Below are positions 50,731-63,175 of a stretch of 64,000 nucleotides of DNA, one piece after another. Below the pieces are notes generated by a model that searched no databases, had not been told where the DNA came from, and worked only from the letters and a program-made list of their open reading frames with translations. Position 1 is the first letter of the stretch. Each line of letters begins with the position of its first letter. Where the stretch lies: assembly GCA_030390025.1 (NCBI GenBank), contig CM059432.1, positions 32,738,001 through 32,802,000 of the forward strand. The letters run 5' to 3'. The DNA comes from Squalus acanthias (Eukaryota). Position numbers and translations under genes: made by a program.

Positions 50731-51634
50731 AGAACACAGGAACGTTAGGTAAGCAGTCGGACATTCAGCCCCTCGGCCTGCTCCACCATTCATGGATCAT
50801 CTGCACCTCACCTTATCACATCAAAGTATTTCAATGCACATCAGTGAATTACTTTAAAAGTACAATTTTTAAACACAAAACTACTTTTCTCCCACTTTCT
50901 AAATACACTTGACTATAATCTACCTACACATCTAATTTAGCGAGTTTTTCGACTGATCATGAATATTTTGCACCACTTATAACTTCCCCCCATTCTTATC
51001 CTCTATAAATTCTAAAGATAATTAGCAGAGCTTTTTTTCTTGCAAATTCCAGAGTTTATACATGGCTGTTTCTCTTACCAGTACAGGCAATCGATCCCAA
51101 TGCTGTGAATGCTGAGCAATCACATTCTATTCCTTCATGAACTGTTTTTGCAACATAGGTTGCATCACTATACTGCAGTGTTTGGTAAACAGAGAAAATA
51201 AATGATCCCAAACACTTTTTTTCTCTGCTAATTTTATCCCATTCTCTCCTGAAGGCATTGATATTTTGCTGAGCTATATTTCCATGGGTGGTGATCGTCC
51301 TTTTGTACCTCACCTAAATGGTTGACCTGTAAGCCTCGACAGCAAATATTGGTAGAATACTGTAGCAAGAGTGGCCTCCTGATCCACACTAATGAAATCT
51401 AGGAAACCAAAAGGGTCAATAATGGAATTCTAGGAAAATTGAGCAGAGTCACAGAGATGAGACAAACAAAAGACTAACTGAAACTGGCAGCTGTTCCTAA
51501 TTAAACATGGGTGCTTGGTGAACAGGTCATGCTGTGTAAGTGGATGAGAGAATACTGCAGGAGGGTTCCTAAAAGACCATCAAGTAAGGGTGCTTAGTCT
51601 AGCAATCTGACCGTTCTCAACTTTTTCTAAATTG

Positions 51635-52745
51635 TTCTCAAGATGTGGGCGTTGCTGGCAAGGATGCATTTATGCCCATTCCGACTTGCCCTGAGTAGAA
51701 GGCAGGGGCCTTTTCCTTGAACCTCTGCTGTCTTTGTGCTGATGGTGCTCTAATATTGATGTTAGCTAGGAAATTCATCAAGTTTGACACAGTGGTAAAA
51801 GATCGATCGTATATGTCTAAGTTAGGATGCTGTGTGACTTGGAGGGGAACTTGCAGGTGATTGCGTTTCCACGACATTGCTGCTTTTGACCTTCTCGGTG
51901 GTAGAGGCCACAGGGCTGGGAGATGCTGTCAAAGTAAGCTTAAGAGTTGCTGTAGTGCATCCTGTAGATAGCAATGACCGTAGTTACAGTCTGCCAATGA
52001 TGGAGAGAGTTGAGAATGAGTTCAGCGCGAAGGGCACCAATCAAGTCGACTGTTTTGTCCTGAACAGTGTTGGACTTCGTGTTGTTGCAGCCATCCAGGT
52101 AACTACTGAGTTTTCCATCACACTCCTAACTTGAGCCTTGTCGATTTTGGAGACTCTTTGAAGTGTTGGGAATAACATTCCCTCTAAGTTGCGCGGCCCA
52201 CGCAGCCTGGGACCGGCTTTTCTAAAGTTAAATTTCGTGCATGTGCAAAACTGTGAATGGGCTGCACAGCCCCTTAAAGGAGCCACGCACCCAAAAAAAA
52301 ATTAGGGGGAACATTGGCCAGGTGGTGAGCCACTCGTAGCAGAGTACAAAGTCGCTGTCCTGCTCTTGATGTTGGAGTTGATATGACTGGTCCAGTTAAA
52401 CTTCTGGTTAATGTTGACCCCCAGGATGTTGTTGATGGGGGAATCGATGGTAGTGGTATTGTTAAAAGGTATGGGGGAGTGCTTAAACCTTTTCTTCATG
52501 TAGATGGTCACTGCGTGGCACTTATATGCCACAAATGTCATGTATCACTCATCAGCCAAAGCCCAGATGTTGTACATGTCCTGCTGCAGGCTGGCATGGG
52601 ATGCTTGTAAATGGAGTTGAACACTACATAACTGGCAGCAAGCAGCTGGGGGGAGCAGCTAGTTCTAGTGTGCAAGTTTTCATCAGTACACCTGGGATGC
52701 TATCAGGACCCGACAGCCTTTACAGTGTTCAGTGTGCCTTCATTG
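51635..52745 (-). mobile_element. Older family B LINE fragment with a nested MITE
   Basis: Homologous to 53550-54400; KAQVRSVMENS, INILGVNINQKFNWTSHI. Confidence 0.8.
52173..52316 (+). mobile_element. hAT-like MITE
   Basis: Ends TAACATTCCCTCTAAG / TTAGGGGGAACATTG; homologous to 62838-62998. Confidence 0.7.
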
Positions 52746-53394
52746 ATTAAAAGCTGACCCCATTCGTCACTGACATATCTGTTTAAATTGAATGACACCT
52801 TAAAATTAATCCATGTGACGAGATGAATTAGCTTGATTGGTCAAATAATAATACAGGCAGAAAGATTTTTTTTTAATTTTGATAAATTAAAGGTATAAAG
52901 AGGTAATGGCATTGCGACGACTAAACAGAAGGTGTTGGAGGAGAGAGAATGTTAAAGGTAGTGCTAAGGAGCTTATGAAAGAGGTCTAAGGCAAGGAAGT
53001 GTTCAGGGTCAAAGAAGGGAAGTAATAACAATTACGTGTTTAATCTGCAGCAATAAAATGCTCACTCTGTTGTGTACTAGCTCAAGTCTCTGAGAACAAA
53101 CTGTACAATAATATAGAGAGATAACATACATGGAAGTTAAGCAAAGATAAGACAGCCAGAGAAGCAAGACAACCACTTGACTCATTAGTCCCAGAGGTGG
53201 AGCAGAGTATTCCATAATTAAACAGCCAGTGCTGTAAAAGCCACATGGACAAAATTGCATGTCTGGGGTTATAAGAAGATAGTCGAATAGCTTGAATATT
53301 CCAGGCCAGAGGTTTAGCAGTGATACATAGAATAAGATTTATAAACATAACCTTGCTAACCTGATGATCTTAGACACTCAGCATAACTGATACA

Positions 53395-53495
53395 ACAAAA
53401 CAACAACAACTTGTATTTATATAGCACCTTTAACATAGTAAAATGTCCCAAACCGCTTCACAGGAGTATTAAAAGACCAAAAATTTGACACAGCC
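53395..53495 (-). mobile_element. L2 3' tail fragment
   Basis: CAACAACAACTTGTATTTATATAGCACCTTTAACATAG, same as 13818-13910. Confidence 0.8.
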
Positions 53496-53521
53496 AAACC
53501 CAGCTAATACGGACATACACT

Positions 53522-56404
53522 GGGCCAAATCTCGCTGGAGCAGATCAGAGTCTTTTTTTAATTCGTTTATGGCAAGGCCAGCATTTATTGCCCATCCCTA
53601 ATTGCCCTCGAGAAGGTGGTGGTGAGCCGCCTTCTTGAACCGCTGCAGTCCGTGTGGTGAAGGTACTCCCAACAGTGCTGTTAGGGAGGGAGTTCCAGGA
53701 TTTTGACCCAGCAACGATGAAGGATCGGCGATATACTTCCAAGTCAAGATGGTGTGTGACTTGGAGGGGAACTTGGAGGTGGTGGTGTTCCCATGCACCT
53801 GCTGCCCTTGTCCTTCTAGGTGGAAGAGGTCGCGGGTTTGGGAGGTGCTGCCGAAGAAGCCTTGGCGAGTTGCTGCAGTGCATCTTGTAGATGGTACACA
53901 CTGCAGCCACGGTACGAGGGAGTGAATGTTTAAGGTGGTGGATGGGGTGCTAATCAAGCGGGCTGCTTTGTCCTGGATGGTGTCGAGCTTCTTGAGTGTT
54001 GATGGAGCTGCACTCATCCAGGCAAGTGGAGAGTATTCCATCACACTCCTTACTTATGCCTTGTAGATGGTGAAGAGTCTTTGGGGAGTCAGGAGGTGAA
54101 ACACTCGCCGCAGAATACCTTGCCTCTGACCTGCTCTTGTTACCACAGTAGTTATGTGGCTGGTCCAGTTATGTTTCTAGTCAATGGTGACCCCCAGGAT
54201 GTTGATGGTGGGGGATTCGGCGATGGTAATACCGTTGAATGTCAAGGGCCGGTGGTCAGACGCTCGCTTGTTGGAGATAGTCATTGCCTGGCACTTCTGT
54301 GGCGCGAATGTTAGCTGCCACTTATCAGCACAAGCCTGAATGTCATCCAGGTCTTGTTGCATGCGGGCATGGACTGCTTCATTATTTGAGGAGTTGTGAA
54401 TGGCGCTGAACACTGTGCAGTCATCAGCGAACATCCCCATTTCTGACCTTATGTTGGAGGGAAGGTCATTGATGAAGCAGCTGAAGATGGTTGGGCCTAG
54501 GACACTGCCCTGAGGAACTCCTGCAGCAGTGTCCTGGGGCTGTGAAGCTTGACCTTCAACCACCACAACCATCTTCCTTTGTGCTAGGTAGGACTCCATC
54601 CAGTGGAGAATTTCCCTGATTCCCATTGACTTCAGTTTTACTCTGGCTCCTTGATGCCACACTCGGTGAAATGCTGCCTTGATGTCAAGGGCAGTCACTC
54701 TCACCTCACCTCTGGAATTCAGCTCTTTTGTTCATATTTGGACCAAGGTTGTAATGAGGTCTGGAGCCGAGTGGTCTTGGCGGAACCCAAACTGGGCATC
54801 AGTGAGCAGGTTTTTGGTGAGTAAGTGCTGCTTCATAGCCCTGTCGACAATATCTTCCATCACTTTGCTGATGATTGAGAGTAGACTGATGGGGCGGTAA
54901 TTGGCCAGGTTGGATTTGTCCTGCTTTTTGTGGACAGGACATACCTGGGCAGTTTTCCACATTGTCGGAAAGATGCCAGTGTTACAGCTGTACTGGAACA
55001 GCTTGGTTGGAGATGCGGCTCGTTTTGGAGCACAAGTCTTCAGCACGATAGCCGGGATGTTGTCGGGACCTATAGACTTTGCTGTATCCAATGCGCTCAG
55101 TCGTTTCTTGATATCACGTGGAGTGAATCGAATTGGTTGAAGACTGGCTTCTGTGATGATGGGGTCCTCAGAAGTAGGCCGATATGGATCATCCACTCGG
55201 CACTTCTGGCTGAAGATGGTTGCAAACGCTTCAGCCTTGTCTTTTGCACTCACGTGCTGGGCTCCACCATCACTGAGGATGGGGATATTCATGGAGCCTC
55301 CTCCTCCCATTAGTTGTTTAATGGTCCACCACCATTCACGACTGGATGTGGCAGGACTGCAGAGCTTTGATCTGATCCGTTGATTTTGGGATCGCTTAGC
55401 CCTGTCTATAGCATGCTGCTTCTGCTTTTTAGCATGCATGTAGTCCTGTGTTGCAGCTTCCCCAGGTTGGCACCTCATTTTTAGGTACGCCTGGTGCTGC
55501 TCCTGGCATGCTCTTCTACACTTCTTATTGAACCAGGGTTGGTCTCCTGGCTTGATGGTAATGTAGAGAGAGGGATATGCCAGGCCATGAGGTTACAGAT
55601 TGTGGTGGAATACAATTCTTCTGCTGCTGATGGCCCACAGCGCCTCATGGATGCCCAGTTTTGAGCTGCTAGCTCTGTTCTGAATGTAGCGTTAGTTAGA
55701 CTGTTTTCTGCACCCTTCAGCTGAAATATAATTTGCGCCATAACTTGCTGGAAGTGTGAGCCGATAACAGCGTGGCAAGGGCAATGGGGCATCTGTGACC
55801 TTAGTGAACAACGGGATCAACAGTGTATCTCGTTAACCAATGAGATTTAAGAATTGAAAATGAAACAGAAGAACAACGGAGAAGGTGAATTAGAGTGGGT
55901 AATTCAGAGTCAAATCAGGCACAGAAAGAAAAATAAAGAGGAAAAGAAAGATTGGATTGAGAGAAAAAAAAAGAAAGGAAAGCAAGAAAAAAAAATTTGT
56001 ATTATTAGAATTTTTTTAAATCTTGAAGAACAATTTACTAAATGTAGGTATGAGACTCAACAGTTTAAATTGATCCCTTCCTGGGCCGGAGAGATTGATT
56101 GGCACTGTATTAATAATAATATTAAAAGGGTACTTACACTGTTAATTGTGAGCCCTAACTTTCTGCTGCGAGTTTAATGGGCAATTAATGTACAAATCCA
56201 ACAAGTATAAAAATAATGGGGAGGCTAAGAGTGAGATGTGTTTGTGCGAAACAAATGGCAGAATGGCGTAAATCGACCAGCAAGTTCTTGAGATTCACAA
56301 CTCATGCCATAATTTCTTCATCCCCTGACCGTACTGGCCGACTTGTGCATTAATAACAGCGTGCGCCGTGAACTTACCATTATTTTTCCAGGACGATTTG
56401 GTCC
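53522..56404. mobile_element. Non-autonomous TIR DNA transposon (PIF/Harbinger-like) split by a family B LINE
   Basis: Imperfect TIRs GGGCCAAATCTCGCTGGA / TCCAGGACGATTTGGTCC; 3-bp ACT duplication at 53519-53521 and 56405-56407. Confidence 0.7.
53550..55685 (-). mobile_element. Family B LINE, longest copy in the window
   Basis: ORFs 54732-55478 and 54177-54704 (RT); T-rich tail on the plus strand at 53550. Confidence 0.93.
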
Positions 56405-56757
56405 ACTGTAATGGGTTTAAACTACATTTGTGCTTATAATGACTTAAACTCTCTGCTATTTATATCTACCTAAGGATCAATTATAATTCTTAGTGCTTAA
56501 TCTTATGATGATATGTTATATATGTATTAATAGTAGTATTAGTAAATGCATCTCTATGTCCGACCATTTTTGATGACCTTGTATTAAGAGTTAATCACTT
56601 CACTCAGTAGCATAGCGTGTCCCAATATGATTAGCTTGGTTTGTGCAATTGTTAATATACTTTGGACTGGATAATGCAAGACACTTCAATATTAGGCATC
56701 CTGTAACCTTAGACATGAATGGTAAATCTACAATCTAATTCTCTGATGCACAAGACC

Positions 56758-57538
56758 TGGACAGAAAGGCAGAGTATTTCCTAAATGGTGAAAGATTGGG
56801 GAATGCAGATGCTCAAAGGGACCTGGGTGTCCTTGTACATGAGTCACTGAAAGTAAATGTGCAGGTGCAGCAAGCCATTAGGAAGGCAAATGGTATGCTG
56901 GCCTTCATTACAAGAGGATGAGAGTACAGGAGTAAAGAAGTCTTACTCCAATTATATAGGGCCTTGGTGAGACCACACCTGCAGTACTGTGTACAATTTT
57001 GGTCTCCTTACCTAAGGAAGGATATACTTGCCATAGAGGGAGTGCAACGAAGGTTCACGAGATTGATTCCTGGGATGGCGGGACTGTCGTATGAGAAGAG
57101 ATTGAGTAAACTAGGCCTGTATTCTCTTGAATTCAGAAGAATGAGAGGGGAATCTCATTGAAGCATACAAAATTATTACAGGGCTTGATAGGATGGATGC
57201 TGGGAGAATGTTTCCCTTAGCTGGGGAGTCTAGAACCAGGAGCCACAGCCTCAAGATAAAGGGTAGGCCATTTAGGACTGAGATGAGAAGAAATTTCTTC
57301 ACACAGAGGGTGGTGAATCTTTGGAATTCTCTACCCTAGAGGGCTGTGGAGGCTCAGTCATTGGGTATATTCAAAACAGAAATCGATAGATTTCTGACTA
57401 GTAAGGGCATCAAGGGATATGGCGATAGGGCCGGTGAATGGAGTTGAGGCAGAAGATCATCCATGATCTCATTGAATGGCAGAGCAGGCTCGAAGGACCA
57501 AATGGCCTACTCCTGCTCCTATTTCTTATGTTCTTATG
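56758..57538 (+). mobile_element. CR1 3' fragment
   Basis: VRPHLQYCVQFWSP..RRMRG; TTCTTATGTTCTTATG tail. Confidence 0.92.
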
Positions 57539-57539
57539 G

Positions 57540-58315
57540 TAAGTGACAGGTAACATTCGCGCCACAGAAGTGCCAGGCAATGACTATCTCCAACAAGCGA
57601 GAGTCTAACCACCACCCCTTGACATTCAATGGCATTACCATCGCCGAATCCCCCACCATCAACATCCTGGGGGGTCACCATTAACCAGAAACATAACTGG
57701 ACCAGCCACATAAATACTGTGGCAACAAGAGCAAGCCAGAGGCTAGGTATTCTGCGGCGAGTGTCTCACCTCCTGACTCCCCAAAAGACTTTCCACGATC
57801 TACAAGGCACAAGTAAGGAGTGTGATGGAATACTCTCCACTTGCCTGGATGAGTGCAGCCCCAACAATACTCAAGAAGCTCAACACCATCCAGGACAAAA
57901 CAGCCAGCTTGATTGGCACCCCATCCACCACCTTAAACATTCACTCCCTCCGGCATACCGTGGCTGCAGTGTGTACCATCTACAAGATGCACTGCAGCAA
58001 CTTGCCAAGGCTTCTTCGGCAGCACCTCCCAAACCTGCGACCTCTTCCACCTAGAAGGACAAGGGCAGCAGGCGCATGGGAACACCACCACCTCCAAGTT
58101 CCCCTCCAAGTCACACACCATCCTGACTTAGAAGTATATCGCCGATCCTTCATCGTCGCTGGGTCAAAATCCTGGAACTCCCTACCTAACAGCACTGTGG
58201 GAGTACCTTCACCACACGGACTGCAGCGGTTCAAGGCAGCAGCTCACCACCACCTTCTCAAGGGCAATAAATGCTGGCCTTGCCAGCGATGCCCACATCC
58301 CATAAAAAACAAATT
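57540..58315 (+). mobile_element. Family B LINE 3' fragment
   Basis: MEYSPLAWMSAAP ORF 57822-58355; family 3' end. Confidence 0.9.
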
Positions 58316-58519
58316 ATTAAAAAATTGTAGGACAGGGGGTGAACGATTTGTCTAATATCCTTTGTTAATATTCCTTACATAATTTACAGATTGACCATTT
58401 CTAACATTCTTACAATATTCACTATCTTGGGGAGGAGGGTGGAAATCAAATCCAAGTTCAATCTTATCTTCACCTTACGTACACTTCTAGCAGGTATCAT
58501 TCAGGAGTGTAGTTCTCAG

Positions 58520-58665
58520 GACCAAGCCCAGAGATGATTTCTCCCTCCCCGACCCAGAGTGCCGAGATCAGTTCTAGCAACCTTACCGCCAATCCAGTTG
58601 AAACCAACTCAGCACAGACCTGCAATTGAATCTGGGATCTTCCTGGTCTACTCTGGGCCGCTTCC
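58520..58665 (-). mobile_element. Old tRNA-SINE-like fragment (related piece at about 19800-19900)
   Basis: Reverse complement GACCAGGAAGATCCCAGATTCAATTGCAGGTCTGTGCTGAGTTGG, a degenerate B-box-like head shared with 19855-19890. Confidence 0.35.
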
Positions 58666-58721
58666 AAATGAATACACAGTTTATAAAAATGAACTTGCAA
58701 CAACTAGAAGCATTGTAAGGA

Positions 58722-58830
58722 AGGAAGAACTTCCATTTATATAGCACCTTTCACATCCTCGGGATATCCCAGAGCGCGTCACAGCCACGAATTACTTTTG
58801 AAGTGCAATCACTATTGTATTTTAGGTGTT
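58722..58830 (-). mobile_element. Deu-SINE 3' fragment
   Basis: CATTTATATAGCACCTTTCAC..ACAGCCACGAATTACTTTTGAAGTG. Confidence 0.75.
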
Positions 58831-59461
58831 GCTTACATACTTAACTGAAAGGTTATTTTAATCCCTGGAGAGGTACCACCAACGCTGCCTCCGCAAGATC
58901 CTGCAAATCCATTGGCAGGATAGGCGCACCAACGTCAGTGTTCTCGCTCAGGCCAACATCCCCAGCATCAAAGCTTTGACATCGTCTGCATGCCCGATAA
59001 TGAGACTCCCAAAACAAGCACTCTACTCGGAGCTCCGACACAGCAAGAGAGCCCCAGGTGGGCAGAGGAAACGCTTCAAGGACACCCTCAAAGCCTCCTT
59101 GAAAACATAGAAACATAGAAGATAGGAGCAGGAGTAGGCCATTCAGCCCCTCGAGCCTGCTCCGCCATTCGATGAGATCATGGCTGATCATCCAAACTCA
59201 GTACCCTGTCCCTGCCTTCTCCCCATATCCCTTGATACCTTTAGCTTTAAGAAATATATCTAACTCCTTCTTGAATATATTTACTGACTTGGCCTCAACT
59301 ACCTTCTGTGGTAGAGAATTCCACAGGTTCACCACTTTCTGGGTGAAGAAATTCCTCCTCATCTCTGTCCTAAATGGCTTACCCCTTATCTTTAGACTGT
59401 GACCTCTTGTTCTGGACTCACCCGCCATCGGGAACATCCTTCCTGCATCCAGTCTGTCTAG

Positions 59462-59840
59462 TGGACATTTTAGATCATAACCTCAGCCCCTATCACATTT
59501 ATATTTTATTTTTTCATCCACCCTTTTGTTTGCCCCCCCCTTTTTTTCCCCTCCTAGAAGCTGGCAGCTGTCCTTCATTCTGCCAGTGCATTTCACACTT
59601 CTTTTAGCCTCAACCTGCCACATTAACACCACCTTGATCATCTCTTAATGTCTCTTAATCTCTCCTTTTGTTCTTTCATCCCCTCCCCCTTTTCCCAGCT
59701 TTATCCTTGCCTTAAATCTATTTCATTTCCTGCTATTTCCAGTTCTGACGAAAGGTCTTCGACCTGAAACGTTAACTCTGTTCCTCTCTCCACGGTTGCT
59801 GCCTTGCCTGCTGAGTTTTTCCAGCGTTTTCTGTTGTTAT
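59462..59840 (+). mobile_element. Penelope-type terminal (pseudo-LTR-like) fragment nested in CR1
   Basis: 14-bp duplication TCCAGTCTG(T/C)CTAG at 59448-59461 and 59841-59854; pyrimidine-rich body ending in a hammerhead motif. Confidence 0.75.
59741..59777 (+). ncRNA. Minimal type I hammerhead ribozyme
   Basis: AGTT-CTGACGA-A-AGGTC-TTC-GACCT-GAAA-CG-TT-AACT: core CUGANGA and GAAA, 5-bp stem II, 4-bp stem I, palindromic ACGU stem III, GUU cleavage triplet. Confidence 0.75.
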
Positions 59841-60563
59841 TCCAGTCTGCCTAGCCCGGTTAGAATTTTAGAAGTTTCAATGAGATCTCCTCTCATTCTT
59901 CTAAACTCCAGCGAGTATAAGCCCAATCGACCCAATCTCTCCTCGTACGTCATTCCTGCCATCCCAGGTATCAGTCTGGTGAATCTTCGCTGCACACCCT
60001 CCATGGCAAGAACATCCTTCCTCAGATAAGGTGACCAAAACTGCACACAATACTCAAGGTGTGGTCTCACCAAGGCCCTGTACAGCTGCAGCAAGACATC
60101 CTTGTTCCTGTACTCAAACCCTCTCGCTACGAAGGCCAACATACCATTTGCCTTCTTAACTGCCTGTTGTACCTGCATGCTTACCTTCAGCAACTGGTGC
60201 ACAAGGACACCCACCCAACATCTCCACCGACACCTGGGAATCCTTGGCCCAAGACCGTACAAAGTGGAGGAGAAGCATCCGGGAAGGCGCTGAATACCTC
60301 GAGTCTCTTCGCTGGGAGCAAGCGGAAGCCAAGCGCAAACAGCGGAAGGCGCGCACGTCAACCCAAGCACCCCACCCACCCGCCCCTTCAACCACCGTCT
60401 GCCCCAGCTGTGACAGAGACTGTAGGTCCCGCATTGGACTCATCAGTCACCTGAGAACTCATATTTTTAATGTGGAAGCAAGTCATCTTCGGTTCCGAGG
60501 GACTGCCTAAGATGATGATTTTAATCCCACCTCAATTGCATGTAGTAAAAGGTTTATAATCTA

Positions 60564-60916
60564 CAGGAAACTCTTTCGTATCCGGCACCGACGGGACCGG
60601 GGTGGTGCCGGTTGATTAAAAATTCCGGGTAACGGAGAGGTATATCTACCGAGGCTATTTTTAACAAACAAAAATAAAAAAATCAAGAAATGTGCAGTAT
60701 AATTGGGTACTCCCCTACAGAATGTGGTGTTAAATGGATGGTGGAAGATGCTTGATTAAGTACAGTAATGCCAGTTGAGGGTAATCCATAACTCTTTAAT
60801 TACTTAACAGTAAAACAAAACTTATAAACGACCGTATACTGTAGTTTTCGGAGTATGAATTCTGCCGGTTATTAGAGAATTCCGGATATTCCGGTGCCAT
60901 TTAAACGAGTTTCCTG
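60564..60916. mobile_element. Tc1/mariner-pogo (Tigger-like) MITE
   Basis: TA|CAGGAAACTC ... GAGTTTCCTG|TA; subterminal GGCACCG/CGGTGCC. Confidence 0.88.
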
Positions 60917-62804
60917 TACTTTAAAGCAAAGGCATGTGAGGTGGAAGAACCTGTTAATATACATTTTCCCCTAAAATTTGACCTTGCTTTTAAGACAAGA
61001 TGCAAATGTCCTTTAAATGCCACGAGCAGAGTCATTTTCAGTTAAGTGAAAATCAGTTCTGCTCCATGTGTAGTTTCAACTCCAGACAGGATCAAACATA
61101 TAAACTGGATTAAAAATAAATTTACATTTAAATTTTTATTTGACTAGAGTAAGCAGCACTTACTTTGTTATGACAAGTTATTGCTATTGCTATTCACTGC
61201 CTCTGGTATATTTTGCCACACGATGAATGTCATACAGTACCAAATCATTGACCCGAAGCATACCTTGAATGTTGCTGGATAGAACTATTTTACAATCGTC
61301 AAACAGGTTTTTAAAAAGTGATTTCACGGACCCTCAGGGCTCTATCAGTCTCATTCTCTCGTGTTTTATATACTCTTATCTCCCCATTGCTTTTACATCG
61401 CTCGAGTTCAGTGTCCTGTTACAGTAAAAAAATGCTTCAAAACTCAGGGATAGTCACATTCTCAGGCCAGGTCTCACTGTGGAGCTTGTTGTGTCATTGT
61501 TGTGTGCTCTCCTCTAGTGCTGTATACATCGCCTGATCTCTACTCATGTTGCAAGACCGATGTTATGCTCACTCATTCATTCAACACGTTCCTGCTCTGA
61601 AAACCTGCTGGTCCACTCATATACCAGCATTTTCACTGTTTGAGACTTTTTATGTAAAACTGCAGAACAACTGGGAGCTGTAGAAATTCATACGATTTGA
61701 CACAAGGCATGTGGCATTGCGACAAATCACTTGCTCTACATTAATAACTTTAATTTTACAGTGATCTATGATGTTTAAGGTCCTTTTACCTGATTTTCAA
61801 CTGTAAGTTACCGGATTTGCCAACCTACAGGAACTCACAAATTCTCATAAGATTTTATTATGTGGAGAGAGCATCTGAGGCATTCTTTACCGCTTTTGCC
61901 TCCTCACCAGTATATTGAAGAAACTAAATGGCAGAACAGCTCGAGGGGTTGAATGGCTTACTCCTGTTCCCATGTCCAACCAAAATAAAAAAGTAATAAA
62001 AGTATTGAAAAAAAAGTACTTACATATATTAGTGGATCTCCCCTGGATGATGCACTGTTTTATAAGGACATGATTATTATACCATATATAATATAATTTA
62101 TTATTCTGCTGCTAAGGTGGAACTGTGTCCAATTAGAACTACAAAGTCTAATTGTTAAGTTAAATACATCTTCAGGTTCATCAGGATTTAATTGTCATAT
62201 AAACATATGAAAAGAAGGGCGAGAAAAGACCAATTTGACCCCCAAAACCACTAGATCTAGCAAAGAGAAAAATCAAGTAAAGCTTTAGCGGATTAAAGTA
62301 GTCTATAACTCCTCATAATCACAACTAACTAACTAAAGTAAAGAATAGTTCAGAAATAGGAGGGATCAGACAGAGGGCAGTTTAAGATGAGTTTGGAGTG
62401 CAGGTGCATTAATGCACATAGTATGATAAATAAAGTTGGTGAACTGCAGGCACAAGTCACCACATGAAACTGTGATATATTGGCAATAACAGAGACCTGG
62501 CTCAAAGGGGAGAATTGAGAACTTAACATTCCTGGCTACAAGGTATTCAGGAAAGATAGGGAAGGAAAGAAAGGGTGAGGGGGTGGCAGTATTGATCAAA
62601 GAAGCTATTATAGCAATGGAAAGGGGATGATGTAGTTGAGAGGCCAAAGACAGAATCTATTTGGTTAGAATTAACAACAGAGGAACTATTACACTACTCG
62701 GTGTATACTGTCGGCCACCAAATAGTGAGAAGGAGATAGAGCAGCAAATTTTCAGGAAAATTACAGAAAGATGCAAGAACTATAGAGCAGTGATACAGAG
62801 TAAT

Positions 62805-63175
62805 GAATTCCCTCCCTAAACCTCTCCGCCCCTCTACCAATGTTCTATTTAAGCTGCGCGGCTTCACAGCGCTCTGGAGCTCTCGCGCAGCCGACTCACC
62901 AGCTGTTAAATGGAAAGACTGTGATTGCGCGGAATTTGAATGGGCAGCGCAGTCTGTTAAAGGGGCCGCCTGGCACAAAAAAAATTCGAGGGAGCATGCC
63001 CTCTACCTCGCTTTCCTCCTTTAAGACGCTCCTTAAAGCTACCTCTTCGACTAAGCTTTTGGTCATATGCCCTAATATGTGGCTCGGTGTCAAATATTGT
63101 TTGATAATGCTCCTGTGACGTGCCTTGGGACATTGTACAACATTAAAAATGATATATAAATATAAGTTGTTGTTG
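62805..63175 (+). mobile_element. L2 3' fragment with a nested hAT MITE
   Basis: AATTCCCTCCCTAAACCTCTCCGCC..TTTAAGACGCTCCTTAAA..(TTG)n. Confidence 0.85.
62838..62998 (+). mobile_element. hAT-like MITE
   Basis: Perfect 8-bp duplication CCCTCTAC (62830-62837, 62999-63006); ends CAATGTTC / GAGCATG. Confidence 0.85.

Larger units (their letters stand above)
59104..60211 (-). mobile_element. CR1 3' fragment nested in RTE, itself interrupted
   Basis: (AACATAGA)n tail on the plus strand; same subfamily as 23001-27536. Confidence 0.93.
58865..60520 (+). mobile_element. RTE-clade LINE 3' part split by a CR1 (pieces 58865-59103, 60212-60520)
   Basis: LERYHQRCLRKILQIHWQDRRTNVSVL, RLPKQALYSEL..GGQRKRFKDTLK, LAQDRTKWRR, C2H2 CPSCDRDCRSRIGLISHLRTH, (GAT)n tail. 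Confidence 0.9.

Noticed and set aside
59837..60454. 184-aa and 131-aa ORFs as a fusion gene
   Set aside because: They span the RTE/CR1 insertion junction by chance
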